From Lama glama (lineage: Eukaryota): a DNA stretch of 64,000 nt. The DNA lies in contig CM052816.1 in assembly GCA_028534125.1 (NCBI GenBank), positions 17,238,001 through 17,302,000 on the forward strand, read 5' to 3'. The notes beneath the pieces are model-generated. The model ran no database searches, was not told the DNA's origin, and saw only the letters and a program-made list of their open reading frames with translations. Position 1 is the stretch's first letter. Every line of letters starts with the position of its first letter. Shown piece by piece: positions 24,004 to 38,283 of the stretch. A program made the position numbers and the translations under genes.

Positions 24004-27000
24004 GAATTCAATTCTTTACATGATTGAGTGAGAGTATGTATAACCTGGTGGGTGGGTTCAGACTACCTATTAATCTAGTACAGACACGATGTAATGTTAC
24101 TGGTAAAATACATGACTTGAATTTTGATGTTGAAAGCCCAGAGCTCTATTAATCTTTCTTAAGGGAGATGATTGGGCTTTAAAGTAAAAGAAATACTGAC
24201 CCTTTTTCTCTTAGTTCTTGTCACTGTATATTAAAGTTGATTCTTGCAAAAATTTTTTTCCTTATTACCACGGTTCTATTTTCAAGAGATAGAAGAAAGG
24301 TCAAGATTGCTGGGTTAAATATGGCTGCTCAGTAGTCACTTTGACAAAAGATAGCTGATTCTTGACCTTAAGTACCTCTACGACAACTGGGATAGATGTT
24401 TTTTGCCACATTGAATAAGTAAACATATAGTCAAATCTTGCTCTCAAACGTTTTTTACAGTTTGCTTAAATTTTTCACTCTTAGCAAAATGCATCATACT
24501 GTGTTTCTTTGGTAGTTTGGTCCAGCTTTTGCAGGGACCTCAGATACAGAAAATGATTTGCTTAAAATTTTATTATAGTTACTGCTCACCTTGCCTTTTA
24601 CTCAGTGGAAAAACTTATTTTTTCTGGTTCAATTGGAATAGTCCACTTTTTGGAGGATTTTCAGAACTTGAATGGGATCATTTTATATTTCCAACATGAC
24701 TTAAAAAATTAAATTATGTAAAAGAATTTCCTGTTAATTAGAAAAGTGACTTAAGTGTTCTGTTCATGGTATATTACTGCTTTATTGTCATGTATCTACC
24801 TTTACAAATTTCTGTAATCTGGATTGGTATTTAGTGAAGGCAAAAATAGTGGTAGTCTTTCTGGAATTCCTCTTGTCAATTTTTATGCAAGCGTTTTTGG
24901 CATGTAGAACTTATTTATTTTTACGTTTTGACCTTTTTTCACTTATGAGACTATCTGAACATTACTTCACATTTAATTTAAGAATTCATGGGAGGAGGTG
25001 GTATAGAACCTAATCAGTATTGAATACAATTTTTTGCGCTATGCTTGAGTCTAATTTGTAAGATTAGCAAAATAAAAACCTATTTTTTTGTCTCCCTATT
25101 GTGAAGAACTTTTGCATCTACAGTGTTTTTAGTGTAAAGTCAATAAAGTCAATGGTAATCATTAGTTGTGATTTGAAAGACTGATAATAATTTCTAATCT
25201 TAAAAAGCTTGCAAATGGTTAATGTTCATAGTGATAAGTATCAAGTGAGAATGTTATACTGATTGATTCCTCCTATAACTTAGTGGTTTGAAACATAGAT
25301 TTCATATTTAAATCCTCACGATGATTTTTTGTTTTTAGGCAAAGTTAAAGAATGGAGGATACTTGAGAATTTGAGATTTAGGATTATTTTGCTCAAGGCC
25401 AGAAATGGCAATGACAGTTACTTGATTTGTAGGCTTATTTACCTTTTAAATGCGCTTAATTTTCTCAAATTTGTGAATTTGTATTTTGCATTAAATTTTG
25501 TATGTGTCTTTGCTAATTGCAATTGGGCATTTGGATGTTGGATTGATTTGAGCAAAACTGCATCTAGACAATGTAAGGACTTTCCCCCAAACATTTGCAC
25601 GTAGAAGAGGGTAAGTCTCTTCCATTTTGAACCAACTTACTGAGTCAGTGTAAGATTTCAGTCACTGGGAGGAGTTCCTTCTATTCCCTTTTTCAGAAAG
25701 CTCTATTTTGTTTCTGAAACAAGTTAACAAAGATTGCTTCTAAACCAGAAAGGATGATGCCTCTTCCTCTTGTGTCTTACTGCAGGTTACTTTGCTGTGC
25801 CTGTATCTCATGGTTTCTATTAAAAGTGAAAATACTGCAAGATTTTTTTTTTCAATAAGAAGTTCCTTTCTACTGTGTTACTTTAAAAATTATAATATTG
25901 CACATTTGGATTGTACTTCAAGTCACAGGAAATACTACTATTACTAGGAAATAGAAAATATGTTTTGTCAATCTTGAGGCTGGTGTCTTTAAAAATTGGT
26001 AGAATTAGGCATTTAAGTAACTGCTTAATAAGTGAAACTAAACATAGTAAAAATTCTACCAACATCAGCAAACCCTCTTCTCAGGGATAATCTTGTTGAT
26101 AGCTGTATGTCCAGCTAGATCTTTTTTGTTTGTAGCTAACATTAATTTTAAAAAGTAGGATTATAGTTTTGCAGTTTAAATCATTGACAGACCCTCGTCT
26201 TTCCTAATGCCTGTGTAATGTTCTATGGTATGGCTGTAAACATAGCATAGAACATTCCTCTGTTGATGGACATGAAGCTTCTTGTTATGAATAATGCAAC
26301 GATTATTATCATCGCAGATAATATTCTTGCTCATGAAATACGCACTTAGTTGATGAGGTGGCTACCTCAGAGTTAAATGTGCTATATAATGAGAATGCAG
26401 TATCAGAAGTTATTTTTCAGTTCTCATACAGAGAAAGATTTTATACTCATAGGTAACTTTTACAGCCTTAGGGTAAATTCAACTAAAACATTTTACTGAA
26501 AAATGTCAAAGCTAGATAATACACGGTAAAATAATGGCCTATGAAGACCATTATATTGCTCCTCTGTTTTCTCCCAGTGCCCAGAGGTAAGTTACATTGT
26601 CTACATCTAGATCTTTTTATTTGCAGGATGATATATATACCTTTTTTTAAGAACAAAAATTAGATCTAATTTTTATATATACGTAGATATATATGTATTT
26701 TAACTTCAAAGGTATCCCATATCTGTACATAACAGCTATCTCAGAACTGTGGTATAATACAGTATGGATGCACCATTATTGATTAGCATGTTTCCATTCT
26801 TCTGCTTAGAATTTAAAATTACTTTTACAGGGCTTATGTTGCCATTTGCAATATACCAAAGAGGAAAAAAAGTACAGGAATCTGACTGAAATGATGGGTT
26901 ACAGTGGTGTCCAGATAGTTTTCTGCTAGAGTCCTACAAGGAATTGTTGGATATTCTATAGTCTTAACGTTTACATTTTACTTTGCCATTTTTCTTCCCA

Positions 27001-29299
27001 AATTCTGTGTGTGAATTATTTTTTTATGAGAAAGACTTGATTGAAAAATATGCCTTTGTATCCTGAAAGGACTATACATTGAGGTCTGGGGTTATTTTAA
27101 AGCAATAAATATGCCATTTATTGCTCTTTTGGTTTATCCTACCTAAAACTTGTAGCACCATGTTTTGGCTATGTGTTACTAGAGGTTTTTCACTGCAGAA
27201 ATTGCGTTTAGTTGAATTTTAAATGACTTTTAAAATATGTTCTCAAGAAGCTCTTGAGAAAGTGGAGATAGTAACAGACTGGAAAGGGTATCCTGGGTTT
27301 GCTCTGGATCAGAGGTGGACAACATGAGAAATCTAAATTACCACTTGAAACGTGAATTCAGATACTAGTATTTAACCTTAGTAAGTCACCGTATTTTCTT
27401 TGGACTTCATTTTCTTGTGATGTGAATTAGATCCTTTCCAGTTAGTTACTGTTATTTTTTAGTCATAATTTGGTGATTATGCAGTAACAATTTTCCAGAG
27501 GAACCCTTACACTAAAGTTCATTCAACAAAGATTTGTTGGGCATGGCTTGCCTAAATAGTAAAGAAGGATCAGCCCTTGTTCAAAGGTAACCATAGTTTT
27601 TGAGTAGTGGAGATTTAAACAAATCATCATGATAGGAATGTGGGCGTTTTAGTCAGATACGTATGAGCAGGAGTGATAACTTTGTGTGGTTAAGAAAAAT
27701 ATTAAAGAAGACATTTGGATTAGGTGGGTGAGATGGCAAAGGGCATTCCACAGATTATGCAAAATGCAAAGCATGATGTATGGGGCTCTTTTGTTTTTCA
27801 TAGATTGCTAGCCCACAGAGACCTTAGAAGCACAGCATCCATTTTTATTTCATTATTTTGCATTATTTTATGACTCGTGTGAGTTTCACTAAGTATTAAT
27901 AGCAAAATCAGCTTAAGGGTGGTATGACTTTAAAGTACTAAGTGACAGAAATACAAATCAGTTGAGATCTTAAGTGGGAAGTGATATTCATTATATATTA
28001 ATGAATATTTCCATAAGGGATATAATTCATATTTTGGAGACCTACTTTATTAAGCCACAGTTAGCAGTATGCTCACTGTTCTTCCATTTTCTTCCTGTAA
28101 TATGTCTTCCCTATATTTTGACTTTTTAGATGACTTTAAAATATAATCCTACTAGGAAATAACTTTTGCAGTAATTAAATCAGTTTCTGAGGAAAATCAA
28201 TTTTCTATAATTGAAAGCTTATATGTACCCTAAGTTTCATTTTAAAAATAAAGTTAATAGTTACATAATTTTTAGGGACGTGGGGTTAGTTTGAAAAATA
28301 GTAAGTGGGCATGAATTATTAGCCTCAAATTGAATTTAAGTTTGGCACATCGTGAGTGTTCTTGATGCTTAAAGTTAGTTTCCTACTAAATATAGTGTGT
28401 GGAAGTATCTTAGTTGGGAAATAGGGTTTATTGCTCATTTTCTAGAGAGGCATACAACTGGTCTGAGAAAATTATCTGGTCTGGAATCTGCTTGTGGGTG
28501 AACTTCAAATTCTCTCTAAATGAGAATTTTAACTGCTACCAGGTAAAACATTTATCATTAAAAGGAGATACTTGAAAGCTGCTTTTACAAAAGGAATCCC
28601 AAACTAAGAAGGCTAAAAAGGGCAACTGAGTCTCTCATGTACTGACTATTCCACCTACGTTTAAAATTTGCACTTGGAGCTGAATGATTTGAATCTTCAG
28701 ACAGGAAAAGGATTCAAGAAGTAGGCATTCTTTTCTTAGCTGTGTGCTCCCATCTATACTGAGGCAGATTTTCTTTGGCTCCATCAAAGGAGCCAAACTC
28801 TCTATGGTTTGTTTAAAAAAGAAAAATCTACCTAAAATGAGTTTGTCGTCATTTCCTGCTCTATAATTCTCTGATGTGAACTTGTACCATTTAACTATGT
28901 TTATTTCCCAGTGTTTACCATCCATTTCATCAGGTATTGATTACCTTCTTTCTGTGAAGCATATCTCAGATCTGAAGATACACAGCAGTGAGATAAACAC
29001 AGTTCCTGTCTTCAAGTAGCTTGCATTCTGGTTGGAATACTGCTTCTTTTGAAATCATGCATCCTTTTCAGCATTGTGGCACCATTTCAGATTGTACACA
29101 TCATACAAACTGGAGTTAGTCCCCATGTCATTTAGTGTATATTCTGTGGTTAAAATTAAGGCTTCATTCCTTCATTGATTGTTTGTTACTTGGATACCAT
29201 GTGTAGGGTACATTTTTTCTTTGATCCTTATGTTGCAAATTTAATTTGCCTCAGAGTAGGCATCTGATTTAACATTTTGTAGTCCTTATGAACATAAAT

Positions 29300-29500
29300 T
29301 TTGGTATCAGATAGACTATGTTCTGTTCCTGACACTGTCCCTTTCTTGCTTCATGAATTGAGCAAACTGACCTGAACCTCAGTTTCCTTGTCTCTAAAAA
29401 AGAGAGACTACTAAGTAATACCTGTCTCACAGGATTGTTGAACAAATTTAGTGAAAATACACGTAAAGGTCATGCTGTTAACTCTGATAATAGTAATGTT
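29300..29500 (+). mobile_element. MIR SINE
   Basis: 'ctgaacctcagtttccttgtctctaaaa...taatacctgtctcacaggattgttg'. Confidence 0.7.
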
Positions 29501-30769
29501 AATATTATGACTTCTGACAGAGGTGTGACTGACCAGCAAAAGATATATACCTCTATTTCAATCCTTTATTACCACAAGGTATTTTCACAGTTAATGAGGT
29601 GAATGAATAACTTGTTTTGAAAAGAATAGTGACATGCATCTGTGTAGAGCAATCTTAGTATCGTATTTGGTTTTTAACCTAGGGTTTGCCGTTGACTTGC
29701 TGGATGACCTTGAATATGGGAACCCCTTTTATACCTCTGCTGCTTCAACTCTAGTAGGTGAGATATGAACTGTTAGCTTTATGTAAGTGTTGAAGTACTT
29801 GTTACTATAAGAAACATATACATAATGTTGAGGAGAGTAACTTCCAGGTAGGAAGAAAGATCAAGACAAGCATTGTGGAGGATATAGCATTTGACTTTAA
29901 AAAAAATTGGTCATGTAGAGAAGGTGTGGAGAGAAAGATGTAATTTCAGGTAGAGGTGCAAATAGGCAGAGATACGGAGCATAATACAGAAATGTATGCC
30001 TACGGTGTGCTGAACATTTTACTAAGTATATTTACAAATATTCTCATTGGTTCCATTCAGTAACCATCTGCTTTGCTTCACAGATAAGGTAGCTGAAGCT
30101 CATCTCAGAAAGGTTAAGTAACTTTCCAAGGCCACCCATCTGGTGAAATGATTGAGTTGGGAGTTGAATCCATGTCTTACTCCTTCCAGTGGTTAAACTC
30201 TTTCCACTAAATTTCATTTACAAATGAAACTTCCAAATACAAGTGGCTAATTTTTATGAAGTGTAAAGGAGAATTGTGGGAAATAAATTGGGAAAAGTTG
30301 CAACCATACTACTGAAGTATTTGAGTAGTCTTTTATCTGGCAGGCAATGGAAGTCACTGAAGGTTTTTGAGCAACAATAGTGGTAGACTAATTTAGAAAG
30401 ATTAATCAGCACTGAGTAAAATAGATAGCATTTTAGTGATACTTCAGGTGGCAAGGCTGCTAAGGCAACCGATGTTAACCAGGTTAAGAAAATGACAGCA
30501 TAAACAGAGGTATTGCTGGAAATAGACTGAAAGGGAATTTGAGGAAAGTTGTGAAAGTGTAATTGGCAATGATTGGATATGGTGGGGGGTGGGGGGTACG
30601 GAGGAGGGAGCAGTTGAATCAGAACTATAGTGTGATTTGGAGATTGGTGATGCCACCAGAAATGGGAAGAGGAGATTTAGAAGAAAGGTTTGAACATAGT
30701 GAGTTCAAGATGCTGGTTAGCACACTGAAGCATTGTGTCTTTTGCAGATTAGTTTGCAAAATGGTTACT

Positions 30770-31215
30770 GTGCTGCATATTCTCTTTTAGCGCTTCCTGA
30801 TCTAATCTCCTTTATTCCTTGTTCTTTGTTCTTGGGAGATTGATTCTTAAAGAACTGCATACTCTCTTCACTGGCTTCATGTTAGGTCTGGACAGTGGGA
30901 GAAACCAACAAGACAGCTGGAGAGTGAGAGAAAGGTGAGGTCACAGTATTGGTTCTCTCTGTCCCCCAAGTACACATACTCAGCAGTCAGGTTATCAGCT
31001 GCTACAGTTCTGTTCCAGTGGCTCTCTCGTACAGTTCTAGGTCTTTTCTGGCTTCTGGTAACCACGCCTTCCTAGTTCTGCTGCAGGCTCCCTTTTCCTA
31101 GCCCCAAGATGGTTCACTAAACCATGTTGATCTTCCTTGACTGTGCCCACACCCTTGTAAATAGTTCCTTTTATTAAAACTCTTCAATCACCCTGTTTGA
31201 ACATGCCATCTGTTG
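30770..31215 (+). mobile_element. ERVL LTR (LTR33-like)
   Basis: The end 'ctgtgcccacacccttgtaaatagttccttttattaaaactcttc...tgccatctgt' resembles recalled LTR33. Confidence 0.55.
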
Positions 31216-31429
31216 TCATCTCTTCAGTGAAAAAAAATTTAATCCCTTCCACATTTTCTAATGACTTGATCTCCCAGACACCACCAAACTTGGAGAAGAC
31301 CTAGCTAATTGCGCTAAGCTACTCTCTCCGCCTGTCATGAGTTTTCCCATATGGTTTGAAATTCAGGGTCTCTGTTTCCTACTATGACAGGTTAAATTTA
31401 TGACCCTTCTTCTTGAAGATTCAGCCAGA

Positions 31430-31950
31430 AATAAAGCCATGAACAAGATAGAAAAATCCTTGCCCTCAATAGAGCTTATATTTTAGTGGGGAGGGACAGA
31501 CAGAAACATGATAAACGACAGGGTGTGTTAGAAGATGAAGAGTGGCATGAGAAAATTAGGGTAAGGAGAGGGGAGTGCTGCAGGGCAGGATGTTTGTGAA
31601 GATAATGCAGTTTAAATCAGGGTGGGATGGGTAGGTTTCTCTGAGAATGTGACATCTGAACAAAGACTTGAGGGAAATGTGGGAGTGAGCAACTTAGCGG
31701 TTTAGGAGAAGAGCAAAATCCCTGAGGCAGGATTGTGCTGGGACTTTTGGAGGAAAAGTAAGTTGTTCAAGGTGGCTGGAGCTGAGGGAAGAGGAGCAAA
31801 GGGATTGCTGATCACATCAGAAAGGGGCCAAATCACGTGGGGCTTTGCAAACTGTTGTAAGGGGTTTGGCTTTTACTGTTTGAATGGTGAACCATTTCAG
31901 GGTTTTGGCCAAGGAGTGTCATATCTGCCTTGAATTTTAAAAGGTTCTCT
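31430..31950 (-). mobile_element. L2 fragment
   Basis: 'atccttgccctcaatagagcttatattttagtggggagggacagac...gtgacatctgaacaaagacttgaggga...tttggcttttact'. Confidence 0.7.
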
Positions 31951-32134
31951 GTGATTTTCTCTTTCTTAGGACAAAATTCCTATTCCTTTGGTATAGTTGG
32001 TTTCGGTAAGGGTTTATAAGAAAAGCAATAAGAACAACTTGAATTAAGGTGTAAAAAACCCACAGTCTCTATATGCCTATGCTTTTTTTGAGAGAGAGAT
32101 TATTCTTTTTGGTCAGTCATTCTTTAATTGTCAT

Positions 32135-32595
32135 GTGCTGTCTTCACAGGGGCCTCCTTGCAAGGTTGGTCCTTGTCTGGGCACTCGGATTTAGAGAAGG
32201 TTCCCACTGTTCCCTAACTCATAGGGGTGGTTCAGTGTGTCTAGACTGTGCAAACAATATGATTTATGCTAACCACCTTCTTCCTTCTGGGAGTCTGGAA
32301 TTTTGATATGTGCGAGGCAGTGGGTACCTATAAACCTTGAGTCTTTGGGCAGAAACATCATACACAAGTGTATTCTGTGTGACCCTTCATGGTAGGGAGA
32401 GAGCATAAAGAGGCCTACACTTGGATTCCTCCAGACTCTGCTTGTGTCTTTTCCCCAAATGATCCCACTGTGTATCTTTGCTATGTGGCTGTCATGTCAT
32501 AAACTTTAGCAGTGAGTACAACACTTAGCAGTGCTGAGTTCTGTGAGTTCTTTTTAGCTCATCTCTGAACCCGTTGTTGGTCTTGGGAACTCCTA
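32135..32595 (+). mobile_element. ERVL LTR (MER68-like)
   Basis: 'ggcctccttgcaaggttggtccttg...gtgcaaacaatatgatttatgct...ttccttctgggagtctggaatttt...ggtcttgggaactcc'. Confidence 0.7.
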
Positions 32596-32610
32596 AAATA
32601 GCTAACTCTT

Positions 32611-32647
32611 TTTGTTTGTTTGTTTGTTTGTTTGTTTGTTTGTTTGT
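32611..32647. repeat. (TTTG)n microsatellite
   Basis: About 9 direct TTTG units. Confidence 0.95.
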
Positions 32648-33689
32648 TGTTAATGTAACCAAATTAATTGGAAAACATCAGGTTGTGGGTAGAAGGTGCA
32701 GTTTGGAAAAGCAATCACATTGGTCAGCCAGCTCTGTGACTGGTGGAGATCTCTTCTGAGCAGTCTCTGCTTTGTTAATTCCTTTCATTTTTCCAAAAGC
32801 TCTAGGTCTTTTCATTGTTGCAGCTTCTAGTAGTTTTAGAGCAGTTTCTAGCAGTTTTAAGCATGTGGAGACTCAGTGTCATCATGTAAATCCTTTGTAA
32901 GCAAGTTTCTAAAAAGGACTGCCTTGTTAGATTTTTTAAAAATGATCTAAGTGAAGGCAGTTGTTGACATAGGTGCCATAAATAATTCCCTTAGGGAGAT
33001 AGGGAATCTAACTCCTAGAAGTGACAGCATCTGATAACAGGTGTAGGTATGTCAGTAGTAGGAGGATCATACTGTGTTTGCTTGTAAACTCTGCAGTGAA
33101 ATGTGTGGCAAGCTAGTCTGATTTAATTACTTCATAGTACTCCCCTGAGAAGGAAATTGTTTCTGTTCTGATGTGTATTGGTACAGAGAAGATGAGACTT
33201 GGGTCACAGAAGGGAGATTGTGGCAAAAATGCCCATTTGACATGTCTCTTCTGAATTTCTACTTATTGCTGACTTCAGAGTCACAGCCAGTTCCCTTCAA
33301 GTCTCTGGATCCATATATCCATGAGCTTGAGGCTTTTATCTTCCATTGGTGGAACTCTTTGTTTGCTTCCCTCCAATGGATTTTAATCACAGTTTTGTAC
33401 TTTTTAAACTGAAACTGCATACAGTAACTTCTCCATTAGACTGGAAAAGATGATGAGTGAGGAGGGTAAATATGGACTTACTTAGTAAGAACCATTGAAG
33501 TATCTACACCTTGGCTCTAGGACTCCCATACTAGGAATTTAACTCAAGAAATCAATTCAATGAAAGGCTAATAACAGTCATTGCACAAAGACAGTCATTA
33601 TAATACCTATAGCAAGAGATTGGAAACTATAAATGTCAAACATTACGGAAATGTTTACTAAATTATGCTCTGTGAAAAGGTGGAATATT

Positions 33690-34110
33690 AAAAATCCAGT
33701 GTCCACCTACAGGTGAATGGACAAACAATGTAGTGTTGCATATACAATGTTATTCAGCCATGAAAAGGAATGAAATTCTGATACATACTACAACATGGAT
33801 AAACCTTAAAAACATTATGCTGAGTGACACAAGCTAGACACAAGAGGACAAATATTGTATGATTGCACTTATATAAGGAATCTAGAAAAGGCAAATTCAT
33901 AGAGACAGAAAGTAAAATATTGGTTACCTGGGGCTTAGGGAAAGAAGGAATGGAAAGTTACTGTTTACTGGGTACAGAGTTTCTTTGAGGATGATGAAAA
34001 AGTTCTAAGGAGGATTGTGGTGATGGTTCCATGCATTGTGAATATACTGAATACCACTGAATTGTGCACTTAAAAATGATAAGTTTTACATATATTCTAC
34101 CATAATATAA
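33690..34110 (+). mobile_element. L1 3' end (L1MB-like)
   Basis: 'ggaatgaaattctgatacatactacaacatggataaacctt...ggcaaattcatagagacagaaagta...ccactgaattgtgcacttaaaaatg'. Confidence 0.85.
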
Positions 34111-34887
34111 GTTATAATAAAATATGTAATAATAATATGTATTTATTATAGTACAATGTGTAAATATATTGATAGTGGAATTAAATAGACCTTTAAAATT
34201 ATTTTTTGAAATTTTAAATGAAGTCATGAGATACCGAAATTATCTGGTTACTACTATTTACAGTTATGAATACTCTTTTTAAAGCTCCACAGAATTATTT
34301 ACTAAATTCACAACTTTATTTCTACTCCATGCGTCCTACTCCCTTCCCTCAAACTGGAAGCTGTTTCTTCCTCCCCTGAGTTCCCACAGTAGCTTTTCTT
34401 CACTTCTCTTATGTCTTTTTGGTTTTTTTTTACATCATTATTCATATATGTCCACGTGCATTTTCTCAGTTTGTAAGCTCATTGCTCATATAGAATTTAT
34501 ATGATAGCTTCCTGGTACAACCCATCACATAGACAAAGATATTCAATGAGACTGAATTATAAGCATATAGTTGTATGAAATCAGAGAGTGACCAAAAAGT
34601 CTGTGCATACTCTTTTATGGGTTTTATATTAACTGTGTGCCTGCCTCAGTTCTCTGTACCTGCTAGATGTGCAGACCTGGCCTCACCCACATACACATCA
34701 CTGTATTCTTGCTTGACTTTGGAGCTGTGTCTCGTCTATATTTCGCCTTTTCATATAGAACAGCCCAGCTTTCTTTGTACCCATAAAGGAAAGAACTAGA
34801 GAGGTGAGATAGAGACAGCCGATAGAGGACCAATGCAGTCAATTTAAAGTTGCAAGTACCTATGAAAAGGTTGTAAGTAGGAATTAA

Positions 34888-35202
34888 TCTTTCTTTCTTT
34901 CTTTCTTTCTTCCTTTCTTCCTTCCTCCCTTCCTCCCTTCCTTCCTCCCTCCTTTTCTTGCCTTTCCTTTTCTTTCCTTTCTTTTCCTTCCCTTCCCTTC
35001 TCCCTTCTCTCTTCTCTCTTCTCTCTTCTCTCTTCTCTCCTCTCCTCTCCTCTCCACTCCTCTCCTCTCCTCTCCACTCCTCTCCTCTCCTCTCCTCTCC
35101 TCTCCTCTCCTCTCCTCTCCTCTCCTCTCCTCTCCTCTCCTCTCCTCTCCTCTCCTCTTCTCTTCTCTTCTCTTCTCTTCTCTTCTCTTCTCTTCTCTTC
35201 TC
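34888..35202. repeat. Compound polypyrimidine microsatellite: (CTTT)n, (CCTT)n, (CTCCT)n, (CTCTT)n
   Basis: About 315 bp almost entirely C/T on the + strand; source of the low-complexity ORFs at 34844-35405. Confidence 0.95.
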
Positions 35203-35843
35203 ATTCTTGAGTGGAATGTTCTATGGAGGAAGCGGATTTTTCCCCTTCCAAAACCGTTGGTGTAGTGATGAGATTTTGCTTTTCTTATGAAGAGATGCAC
35301 GTATCTACCAGCAGAGGGCACTGGTTGCAGGTTGAAGGCAATATACTGGCCTGTGTGAAGCACCCTGCCTGCTGGTATAGTTGGTCTGTCTTTTCTTTGC
35401 CTCACCTAGGGTCCAGTGGTGTGCCTCCAGTTTTCCCCAGGAGCAGTCTTTGGCAACCTTGGTTGGTAAGCTGGGGGTCCAGAGGAGTCCAGGGGTAAGG
35501 ACTTTATAATAGTAAGTGATAATAGTGGGTGTTGGAAGCCTTGTATGCCAGCCTGTGTTAATATCTTTAGGGGTTCAAATGCTATTATTTCCCATCTTCA
35601 GGTGAGGTGGAGAGGGCATTTAGCCAGACATCTGAGGATCTGGTCCCACACCCAACTCACTGAATGATCTTGAACCCATTGCTTTCTCTCTCTCAGCCAG
35701 TTGGCTTATCTCTGAAATGAAAGTAGTACTGTAAAGGTAGTGCCTGCCAAGCACAGTAGTAGTAAGTAGTGGGTTCTGAGGTCAGGCAGACCTTTGGGGC
35801 TGTGGTCAAGTCATTTAACTCTCAGAACCTCCCTTTCCTCACG

Positions 35844-38283
35844 CTACTTTCTTTTCTTTTCCTTTCCTTTTTCTTTTCTTTTTCCTTCCGTCCTTCCTTC
35901 TTCTTTCTCTCTCTCTTTATCTTTCCCTCCCTCCCTCCCTTCCTCTCTCCCTCCATTTTTCTCTTCCTCCCTCTCTCCCTTCTTTCTTTCCATTCTAGTT
36001 CAGCTTATAGTTATTGGATTACTTTTGAAAAGAAAAAAACATGTTTTCTTTTTTACCTTTTGACCTCCTTCACACTTTTCTCCCTCCCCTACCACCCTGC
36101 CTCTGGCAACCACCAGTCTGTTTTCTGTATCTATGAGATTGGGGTTTTTTTAGTTTAAAACTTTTTTTTTTTAGATTCCACATATATGACAGATTATATA
36201 GCATTTGTCTTTTACTGCCTGACTTATTACACTTCGCATAATGCCCTCAAGTTCCATTCATATTGTCGCAAATGCCACAATTTCCTTCTTGTGGCTGAAT
36301 AATATTCCTGTGTGTCTGTGTGTGTCTGTGTGTGTGTGTGTGTGTATTGTCTTCCTTATCCATTCATCCATTGCTAGACATTTGGGTTGTTTTCATATCA
36401 TGGCTATTGTAAATAATACTGCAGTGAACATGGGGCTACATACTTCTTTTTGAGTGTTTTCATTACTTCAGTGGAATTGCTGGATCATGTGGTAGTTCTG
36501 TTTTTAATTTTCAAGGAATCTCCATATATTTTCCATAGTGGCTGCACCAATTTAAATTCCCACCAATGGTGTACAGGGTTTCCATTTTTTTTCACATCCT
36601 AACCAACATTTGTCATTTTTTGTCCTTTTGATAATAGGTATTCTAACCGGTATGAAGTGATATCTCATTGTGGTTTTCCTTTGAATTTCCCTAATGATTA
36701 GTGGTGTTGGGCACCTTTTCATTTACCTCTTGGCTATTTGTATGTCTTTTTTGGAGAATATCTACTCAGATCCTCTGCCTACTTTTCAGTTAGATTGTTT
36801 TTTTGCTATTGAGTTGTATGAGGGTCTTTACATATTTTGGATCTTTGGATCTACTCTTTAGGTTGCTTTTTTATTTTGTTGATGGTTTCCTTTGCTGTGC
36901 AGAAGCTTTTCAGTTTGATATAGTCCACTTGTTTATTTTTGCTTTTGCTGCCTTTGCTTTTTCCCGTGTTTTTTGGTTCTTTTGTCATAAATTAATTGAC
37001 CATCTATGTATAGGTTTATTTCTGGGCTCTGTATTCGGTTTCATTCTATGTATCTGTTTTTATGCCAATATCATAAATGTTTTAATTACTATAGCTTTGT
37101 AATATAGTTTGAAACCAAAGAGTATGATGCCTTGGCTTTTTCCTTCTTTCTCAAGATTGCTTTGGATACTTGGAGTTTTTTGTAATTCCATACAAATTTT
37201 AGGATTACTTGTTCAATTTATTTAAAAAATCCATTGAAATTTTGACAGAGAGTACATTGAATCTGTAGATTGCTTCGGGTAGTATGAACATTTTAACAGT
37301 ATTGATTCTTTCAATCCATAAGCATGGAATATATTTCCATTTATTTGTGGCTTTTCCAATTTCTTTGATTAATGTTTCATTGTTTTGAATATACAAGTCT
37401 TTCACCTTCTTGGTTAAATTTATTCCTGGATATTTTGGCTTTTTTGGATGTAATTGTAATGTGTTAGTTTTCTGTATTTCTCTTTCTGATACTTCATTAT
37501 TAGTGTATAGAAACACAGCAGATTTTTTTTGTATATTAATTTTGTGTCCTGAAACTTTACTGTATTTGTTAGTTAGTTCTAGCAGAGGAGAGAACTCTAC
37601 TAAACTCATTTTATAAGGCCACCATTATCCTGTTACCAAAACCAAACAAGGATGCTGCAAGAAAAAAAATTACAGTTCAATAATCCTGATGAACCTAGAT
37701 GCAATCCTCAACAAAATATTAATAAACTGAGTTAATACATTAAAAGGATCATACACCATGATCAAGTGGGATTTATTCCAGGGTTGCTAGGGTAGTTCAA
37801 TATCTGCAAATCAATCAATGTGATACACTGCATTAGCAACATGAAGTGTAAAAATTACATGATTGTCCCAGTAGAAGCATAAAAAGCATTTGACAGAATT
37901 CAGCATCCATTTATGATAAAAACTCTCGACAAAGTGATTACAGAGAGAACGTATCTTAGCACAATAAAGGCAATATATGCCAAGTCCGCAGCTAATATAC
38001 TCAGTGGTGAAAGGCTGAAAACTTTTCCTCTAAGATCAGGGAAATGGAAGGATGCCCACTTTTGCATCATAATATTGGAAGTCTTAGAACAATTAGGCAA
38101 GAAAAAGAAGTAAAGCATCCAAATTGGAAAGGAAGAAGTAAAATGATCACTATTTGCAGATGACATGGTATTATATATAGAAAACCCTAAAGACGCTGTC
38201 AAAAAACTGTCAGAACTAATAAATGAATTCAGTAAAGTTGTAGGTACAAAATCAATGTACAAAAATCTGTTGCATTTCTATAC
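35844..38283 (-). mobile_element. L1 with 5' inversion inserted into a MIR
   Basis: Antisense L1 from ~36050 to 37583 (minus ORF '[19 protein letters not shown]'), then sense ORF2 at ~37585-38283. MIR halves lie on both sides, with a TSD-like tcctcacg (35836-35843) / ttctcacg (38284-38291). Confidence 0.85.

Noticed and set aside
34844..35405. Arg/Glu-rich and Leu/Ser-rich ORFs
   Set aside because: Translations of a microsatellite.
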